This document shows positions 56,297 through 64,000 of a stretch of 64,000 nt of DNA, in pieces. The number at the start of each line of letters is the position of its first letter. The first letter of the stretch is position 1. The stretch covers positions 4,054,267 to 4,118,266 of the forward strand of contig CAVNZM010000006.1 of assembly GCA_963693365.1 (NCBI GenBank). The letters are read 5' to 3'. The DNA comes from Amoebidium appalachense (taxonomy: Eukaryota > Protista > Ichthyosporea). Both the position numbers and the translations under genes were made by a program. The notes below the pieces were generated by a model. That model saw nothing but the letters and a program-made list of their open reading frames with translations. It ran no database searches and was not told the DNA's origin.

Positions 56297-56543
56297 TGAA
56301 TGCGTCAAAAAGTACGAAGTACACAAGAACAAACGGATAACACGATGCAGAATGCAAGCCATACGTAAAGAGTATGCATAATAAGCAGAGCCCATCCTCA
56401 GGGGGGGCCCACGTCATCCACAGTACCCGAGTTTCAACCTATTCCCCTCGTTAACGAAACCCAACTCAGATACTGTTTCACTTGAACATGAGTAGGTCAC
56501 CCATCTTGATCAGAGACGAGCAGGGTTGCTTATGCAGGCAAGG
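56294..56543 (-). mobile_element. Young full-length copy 9 of the structured dispersed repeat, downstream of and antisense to the Rdx gene
   Basis: Near-identical to 49113-49357; 5' end CCTTGCCTGCATAAG shared with copy 5. Confidence 0.92.
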
Positions 56544-57210
56544 GCAGTGGGAAAGGCCGGGGGTTAAAGTTGCAGCAGTAAGCAGAAGCAAGAAAAATAT
56601 AGATAGGAACTCAGGAGACGGGGCTTCTAGGAAGCTCCCCCGTCGATACCTAAGTCGATACTTCCCTGGCTAACATACTACACCAGCTGAAAAGAATTAA
56701 GTCCCGAAGGCCGCAGAATTCGCAATCAGAGGGGAAAATATGAGATTTGACCCACGCCGCAGGGTAGTAACACGCTTACTAGGGCGGAACTTTATCGTCT
56801 TCGAACGGAAAGCTATGCCCCCGGATGTCAGCCGGAAATGTGGTATCACCCATTGCTTTGGGCTTGAAAAAAGCCAAACCGATAGTCCGAGTTATGTTAC
56901 GCCGGCGGGTAACATGCCGCATGGGTTCCAAGGGAGCTGTCGCCAACAGAGCGGTGTGTGCATGCGTGCGCGTAACGCAATGTGTGAAGTGTGTCTATAG
57001 CTATGAAAGGGGGTATGCAGAAGTGGACAGATGAAGTGTGTGGAGAGAAAAACAGTAAGAAGAAAAGTAGACACCGGTATGTGCAACCCCGCACAACATA
57101 CACACACACACACACACACACATAAATAAGCGAAGATTACAGGTAATCAACCAGAACAACAAATGACAAGGAAAACAACAAACGCCAAAAAAAAAAAAAA
57201 AAAAAAAAAA

Positions 57211-57264
<54 letters not shown>

Positions 57265-57289
57265 GGGGGGGGGGGGGGGGGGGGAGGGG

Positions 57290-57322
57290 GGTCTTAGGGA
57301 TGCTGCAGAATCGTCAGATATT

Positions 57323-57360
<38 letters not shown>

Positions 57361-57722
57361 GGGGGGGGGGGGGGGGGGAGGGGGTCTTAGGGATGCTGCA
57401 GAATCGTCAGATATTAGACAAATCGTACCAATACGATCATTCTCTCATATATGTGAGAAGATTGTGACTAACGATGTGCAGAGCTGGTTAAGACCTGTTG
57501 AGTGTGCAGAGAAAATGGGAGGGGAAGGAGGGGGGGGGGGGGGGGGGAGGGGGGGGGGGGGGGGGGGGGTGAAGTAAGAGAGGGGAGGGAATGTTAGAGT
57601 GTCAGTAGTCTCAGGGGACCCTGCAGAGTCGTTAGATGTCAGACAAAAACGCACCAACGACCAAGTTCTCCGAGGGGAGAAATGCGTAAAACGTTCTGCA
57701 GAGTGGGTTAGAGACCTGCTGA
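57290..57722. repeat. Second repeat family: ~110-bp fold-back unit in two diverged copies (57383-57495, 57607-57716) plus an exact partial copy (57290-57326)
   Basis: GTCTTAGGGATGCTGCAGAATCGTCAGATATTAGAC occurs twice exactly; GTCTCAGGGGACCCTGCAGAGTCGTTAGATGTCAGAC is the diverged version. Confidence 0.8.
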
Positions 57723-57835
57723 TGAGAAGAGTGTATACAGGGTTTGGCCAGGGGGGGGGGGGGGGGGGGAAGGGGGGGAAAGAAGGTAGAAGGGGAAGGG
57801 GGGGGGGGGGGGAGAGGAGAAGGAAAAAAAAAAAA

Positions 57836-57868
<33 letters not shown>

Positions 57869-57935
57869 AGGGGAGGGGGAGGGAGGGAGGGGGAAAAAAA
57901 AGGGGGGGGGGGGGGGAGGGGGGAGGAGAGAGGGG

Positions 57936-57967
<32 letters not shown>

Positions 57968-58422
57968 CTGTGGTGGACAGATCAGAGACGAGACCTCCAT
58001 TTCAAAACTTACCAGGCAACCCAAAAACCTAGCCGGCTGAGAAAGAAGAACGGCGGGGGAATTGTTTGGGAAAAGGAGCGGGGGGAGAGAGAGGGGGGGG
58101 GGGGGGGGGGGGGGGGGGGGAGAGGGGGAGAGAGAGAGAGAGGGAGGGAGAGAACGAGAGAGAACGAAAGAGAGAGAGAGAGGGAGACAGAGAGAGAGAG
58201 AGGGAGAGAGAGAGGGAGGGGGGGGGGGGGGGAGGTGTAGGGGCTGGTAGGGGGGGAGGGGGGGGGGGAGGGGGGGGGGGGGGGGGGGGGGAAACCGGGA
58301 CAGAGTGGGGGACTAGGGAGTGTTGATCTTTTTAGTGATGATGGAGAGTATGTGAGAGGAGTGAACGCCACGGTATATGTGCGGGTGTGTGGCGAGAAAG
58401 CTGTGCATTTTGTGGTGCAAGA

Positions 58423-58464
<42 letters not shown>

Positions 58465-58864
58465 CATCCCAGCCTTGCCCATTGTTTTCCTTGTATTATG
58501 GTCTCCGTCCCCTTCTCGGTTTCTCACACTCTGCCTTTTGGACAACGCCATTTGGTGGTGCAAGTGTGTTAGATACATAAACTTATGGAAGCGATAGCAA
58601 CGATGTACATAGCTGTAATTACTCGACAATGGTGGTTTGCACATACAGATAGATGAGGTACTCGAGTGTAGCGTTTCGGTGTTTTGCAATTAGCAATACT
58701 GTGACATGTACAGGCAAATGCACAGTCTGCACATGTATGAGAAGCAGCAATATTGAGTTTGCATGAAAATGAATAAACTTGGCAAACAAGATTGGAATGA
58801 ACAAAATGTGTGCGGCTGCTTTCCATGGCCGTGCGTTCATGTGTGGAGGCAGTCCGTGTGTGTT

Positions 58865-58913
<49 letters not shown>

Positions 58914-59120
58914 TTGTGTATGACATTGTGTATGTGTGCTGTGCGTTTTTGTGTGTCTCACAGGTTGGCACTTGCGATTATGAGTGATCTCGCTGAAGCC
59001 AGCGTGGTGTAGTCACAGTGGTGGTAGCCGAATAAAAATTTTAAACACATAACTTTCGGTGGGTGTTGTGCTAGGGGACTCCAATCCTCAGATCGTGCAG
59101 GGAAAAGGCTGGGGGAAGGT

Positions 59121-59170
<50 letters not shown>

Positions 59171-60327
59171 TTCCCGGGGCCCACCAGTGCCACCACACCG
59201 GGCCCACCCACCCGTGCACCCCCCGGGCCCAGATATGCGCATGAACTTTCAGTGCATGCGGCGTCGACTCGAAGCATGAGCCAGCGGGACACTCGACCTA
59301 ATAAGAAATCCATGAAGCTCGAAGCCTATTTTAGCCGGCCGCCGAGTTGGTCACGTGTCGCGATCGACCAGCATGCAGCAGCTCTGATGTTTTATCATCA
59401 TGCCTCACTAGTGCTGAGCTGCAGATTTACAACATGTACAACACTATGTAATATGTATGTAATATGACACCACAGACTCTAGAGCTCTCTCTGTAAATTT
59501 ACTCTGCCACAGTGCCACTTGTGCACAGTGTGATACTGCGCACCGCAAGAAGGCTTAAATCTTTTTTATATGCGGAGCTGCTTCGGGCCGACATCACAGT
59601 GTCACACACAACTTTAGTGTGCGGAATCGAAGAAGAGCTGTGCTGAAGCGCAGCGCTTCCATTTGTGGCTATCCAAGCAAATCTAATAGATCTATTGAAC
59701 CTATTCAAGATATTGATTGGTTGATTTCTAAAGACTTTGAGTTCTCCTGATGTGATTGGTCCCGCATGCACCACACACTGGTGCAAAAGTGACCAATCAC
59801 CGCGGCGGTAGGGATACATTCACATTCACTTGAGTGCACACAAACAGCCCACGTGCACGTGGCTGAGGCCTCGTGAGCTGACTCTCACTGATGGCTGAGC
59901 AGCCAGCGCTGAGAGAAGCTAGAGATGCAGCCCGCTCATTGCAGGATTGGTTTTGGGACTTAACACGTGCACACAACCAGGTATCCAAAAACTGCGTCCG
60001 GCACTATAGCGTCACGCGTAGCTACGCGCAACCATGTGCTCACCTCCCTTCACGGGATCGCGATATGTATGCGCATGCATGCTCACAGTGAGTTAGTGAA
60101 TGAACTTGAGCATGCCTTGTACAATTTGCGTGTTTGAGGCATTATCAGCACCGGTAGATTTAATAATAACCGTTAGTTGCAGCTGAATTTCGAAAGTGCT
60201 GGTGGCGTGTCGTACAATTGTTACTTGCAAACGTGTGTGCAAACCTAAAATTAGACACAGAGCATGTACACATGGAAAATGACTTGCGAGCCGACTGCAC
60301 ATGTATGTAGCAGGGATGCCCCCCCCC

Positions 60328-60361
<34 letters not shown>

Positions 60362-60754
60362 AGAGGGGAAAAAAAAAAAAAAAAAAAAAAAAGAAAAAAA
60401 AAACCCTGGCTGGCGCCTAAATTGGCCTGGGGCTCCATCCAACATTGACCCCACACCGCACGGCCTGCACTACTACATACAACCAGCCACCCCCCCACGC
60501 CCCCATCCACCAATGACATATGTAACTTCAGAGTGCTTGCATTATGCATTGACTGCCTTCGCAGCGCTATATAGTAGCTACCTGTGTCCTGCAATTGATG
60601 ATAGAGCTTCGGCATGTTTCGGATCTGGAATCTTTGAAGAGCCCCATCTAATAACTGACCATGACTTCGAGGTTTTAAAAGCTCCGAGTCGATTTTGGAG
60701 CTCCAAACTCTCCATTCAGCAGACTCCTTGAACAGTCACAAACGATAGCTGGAA

Positions 60755-61892
60755 ATGAAGCCCGCAGCCATCATTGCCCTGTCAGCGGCTGCCACGGTCA
60801 GCGCAGCCCCAATGGCCCCGGGCTGTGCTGTGCCTGGCACACCCAAGAATGCTGTCTACCGTACAGAGCATGCCCGCAGCTCCAAGGGCAACATTGTGGG
60901 TAGAGTGCACCAGCTGCAGTGGACTACCGTTCCTGGGGCAACTTACGTTGAGGTAGGCATAATAATAATTCATGTGCATCTATCGATATGTGGATACAAA
61001 CTTCAGCTAATATAATTTTTTGAGTCCAGTCTGAGATATGTAGCATGCATATGCATATATTGATAGGGCTCACACTCAACACTGGCTATTACTTGATGGT
61101 TTTCTTTCCGGCTTGTTTTTTCAAAATGCTGCTTTGTTTTTTTTGCATCGATGACTTTTTATGTAATCCACTCTCGGGAATGATTGCGGTCCTACCTGCA
61201 TATACTCACAAAACGCACACACACACCTCTACTCGTGCAGGTGTGTTCTGAAAACCATCCCTGCATGACGATTGGGCAATATTTTACCGGCGCCACACAA
61301 ACGTTCCTCTGGTACATCTCGCGGGATGAATCAAAAGACACTCAAAGCTGGGAGTCCTCTTTCCGGAAGCCCAAGATTACCGCCTTCAATGCATCCGGTG
61401 CATGCGGCAATAACAATTCGGAACAGTCGAAAACTGCCCGGGTCGAGAGGGTGGACGGTAGCACACTCTGTAAGGGCAAACCTATGAACTACAAGGTGTT
61501 TACTAACATCGGCGCCAAAGTGGTTGACGGTGCACCAAAGGACACCAAGCGATTCCAGGTGACGTGGAAGAACAACGCCCCAGCAAAGAAAGACACCATT
61601 CTTGTGTGTGTAGCCCCTATGACGCCGCCACCGGGGATGCAGTTCAGCAAGCTGTACCTGCCTGTGTGCGCCAATGTCAAGGGTGACGCAACAACTGCTG
61701 TCGTGGACATGCCCTGGAACAGCGAACTCTCCGGCGGCGAGGTCAATGTTGGGGTGGCCAACTTGCTTGCGTGCAGGTAAATGTTTCTTTTCTACTAGTA
61801 CTTCTCCTCCTCCTGCCCCCCCTTTCCGGCCACTGCCCAGCGCTTCACGCACACACACGCACACACACACGCACACACACACTCACACACAC

Positions 61893-61981
<89 letters not shown>

Positions 61982-62087
61982 GTCACACACACACACACAC
62001 ACACACGTGTACACATACATGCGCACTGTGACACTAAGCACACGGTACACAGACTTCAGGGCTAACAATTCTTTCATCGGCCAGTAG
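60755..62087 (+). CDS. Secreted Cys-containing protein with two FN3-like beta-sandwich modules; exons 60755-60952, 61241-61776 (or stop at 61780), possible last exon 62060-62087
   Basis: Signal peptide MKPAAIIALSAAATVSA; PGTPKN...LQWTTVPGATYVEV...ITAFNASG and FQVTW...VNVGVAN fit FN3 patterns; phase-0 GT-AG intron; C-terminal splice ambiguous. Confidence 0.8.
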
Positions 62088-63016
62088 CTCTTCCTCAGTT
62101 CCCATCCCCCCCCCCCTCCCCCCCCCCCTCCCCCCCCCCCCCTTCGCGCCCTGCACATGGCCACACGCGTACGCCAGACAACAAACTGAGTCCCAAGCTT
62201 ATTATGCATGCATGGAAGCTTCTACAGCTGCTACCCCTGGCACACCACATTGCACATACTGAATACACCGAGGCTGTGTCATGACGATGCACATGTATCA
62301 TGTTTTAATCAACAAGTTGCGCATTGCCTTAAATATGCCATATGAAATGGACTCTTTGAACTATTTTTTGACCTTGCCGCCAAGTCTAGCTGATCACAGT
62401 TAACGATAACGTTGTCCCGCAAATACTGCTGGCCTTGAACCAAAACTAATCAGAGAACTTTCACCACGCAGTGCCACCGGCGCAAACGACAGCTTGACAA
62501 TGAAGGTCTGAGAAAGGCACGTTGCAAAGTTTAACTGCCAACCGGCGGTTGCTCACCGACTGTTACTCACTCTTATCTTATAAATACTTACCAATACCTT
62601 TATATTATGTGGAAATTATGACGAAAAACAAGCGGTGGTGCTTTACAATAGGCTTCCCGAGTAATCAATAAACTATCGTTGCAGTATTTATCCCTGCTGA
62701 AGCCCCTGATAACCGCAGAGGAACGCGGCAGCAAAGCTTGTACTTGATATGCATGGAGGTACGTACAGGCAGCGGTTCGGATGTGAAACGTGAGCCACGT
62801 GTGGGTTTTTTTCACGATTCATAATCATCCTGGTGTGTTTGGTACCGGTGTAATTTTGTTTTTGCCGGAGTTGATACAGGCCGACTCATCATAACATCAC
62901 CGATTTTTGAATTGGTGGTAGCTTAGAATCGATATGACCGGGTATTCTTGTTACCCGTTGGTTATGCCTTCAGAATGCTAGGGGACAGAGAGGGAGGGAG
63001 GGGGGAGGTGGCCATG

Positions 63017-63051
<35 letters not shown>

Positions 63052-63840
63052 GGGGGTGGGGGGAAGGGGGGGGGGGGGGGGGGATCTGATTCGTGCAAAG
63101 AAAGCTGAGCATATCAAGGGCACTGGTATACCTGGATATGCGCATGCGCCAGTCCGACTACTAGTTCTAGGGTACTAAGTTCTCTCACGATGTGACTGGT
63201 AACTCAGGATCGGTCGGTATACAGCTGTTTGATCTTTGCACAAAGTATATCTTCTCGCTGAAACAATGGCATCTCACTTGGCAATAATCATAATGATTAT
63301 TAGCTACTGAATTTAGTGCATGATGTGTGTGTGTGCACGTGTGTGACATGTACATGTCGTAAGTTGCACCGAATGACGGCCTATGGCACACGAAAGCTTT
63401 AATTATCAAAAACAATGTGGAAAAGGCCCATGTACACATGCGAGTTTTGCACAGTGTCACGTGTGTTCTACGTGAACGTGCATTCGAAATCTCTGAAGTA
63501 TTCACTTTCTTTCTTTTATTTTATCCCCTTTTGTTCCCACAGGGACCCCGGGGGCCCTACACATAGGGGGTCCTCGGAGGAAGTACTATCGTTTTCCACA
63601 CAGCACCGACACGGTATCCTAGTTAGGGTGTCAAAGGTCCAATCAGCTACGACCCAGTGGCACCGTTACCACAAACCTAACTTAGTAAACACTTAGCCCA
63701 GGGTTTACATCCCAGCCTCGTATTCTCTGGTGATGATTCGAATCTTTCGGAAGCATTCCAACTTCTCAAATTGGCAACCACCTTACAGACTTCATGACGA
63801 GGTTTATTGTGGCTAAATTAGTAATAGTTCAGTCCACGTC

Positions 63841-63911
<71 letters not shown>

Positions 63912-64000
63912 TTGTGTGTGTGTGTGTGTGACAGTGTGTGTGCGTATGTGCGTTTCCCTACATGTGTGTATGCATGCGTGCGTGTGTGTGCGTGCGTGCG

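Noticed and set aside
56096-56543. SECIS element for the Rdx gene
   Set aside because: The gene has CxxC with no in-frame TGA, and the downstream structured sequence is a repeat copy.

Overview
Eukaryotic, intron-dense genomic DNA. Most ORFs in the supplied track are artefacts of (CA)n/(GT)n, (GA)n and poly-C/poly-G tracts. By walking splice sites and checking phase I reconstructed about ten genes: the 3' end of an unknown gene; an unknown Ser-rich protein; a 10-exon alpha/beta hydrolase (GHSMG); an ankyrin + ubiquitin-like protein; an 11-exon membrane-anchored histidine acid phosphatase; an intronless syntenin-like tandem-PDZ gene; a small unknown minus-strand gene; mitochondrial ribosomal protein bL28m; an Rdx-family (SelW/SelT-like) CxxC protein; and a secreted FN3-like protein. 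The gene content suggests a unicellular relative of animals, but this is inference only. The most striking unexplained signal is a ~250-280 nt structured dispersed repeat with 9 recognisable copies. The copies share a 3' end abutting C-rich tracts, are variably 5'-truncated, show compensatory base changes in a long hairpin, and 8 of 9 lie sense to the host transcript. Also present are a TTAA-flanked Kolobok-like MITE, three probable GC-AG introns, fold-back microsatellite introns, tandem duplications of 5' splice-site regions, and several other hairpin elements. All gene models are manual predictions without transcript data.
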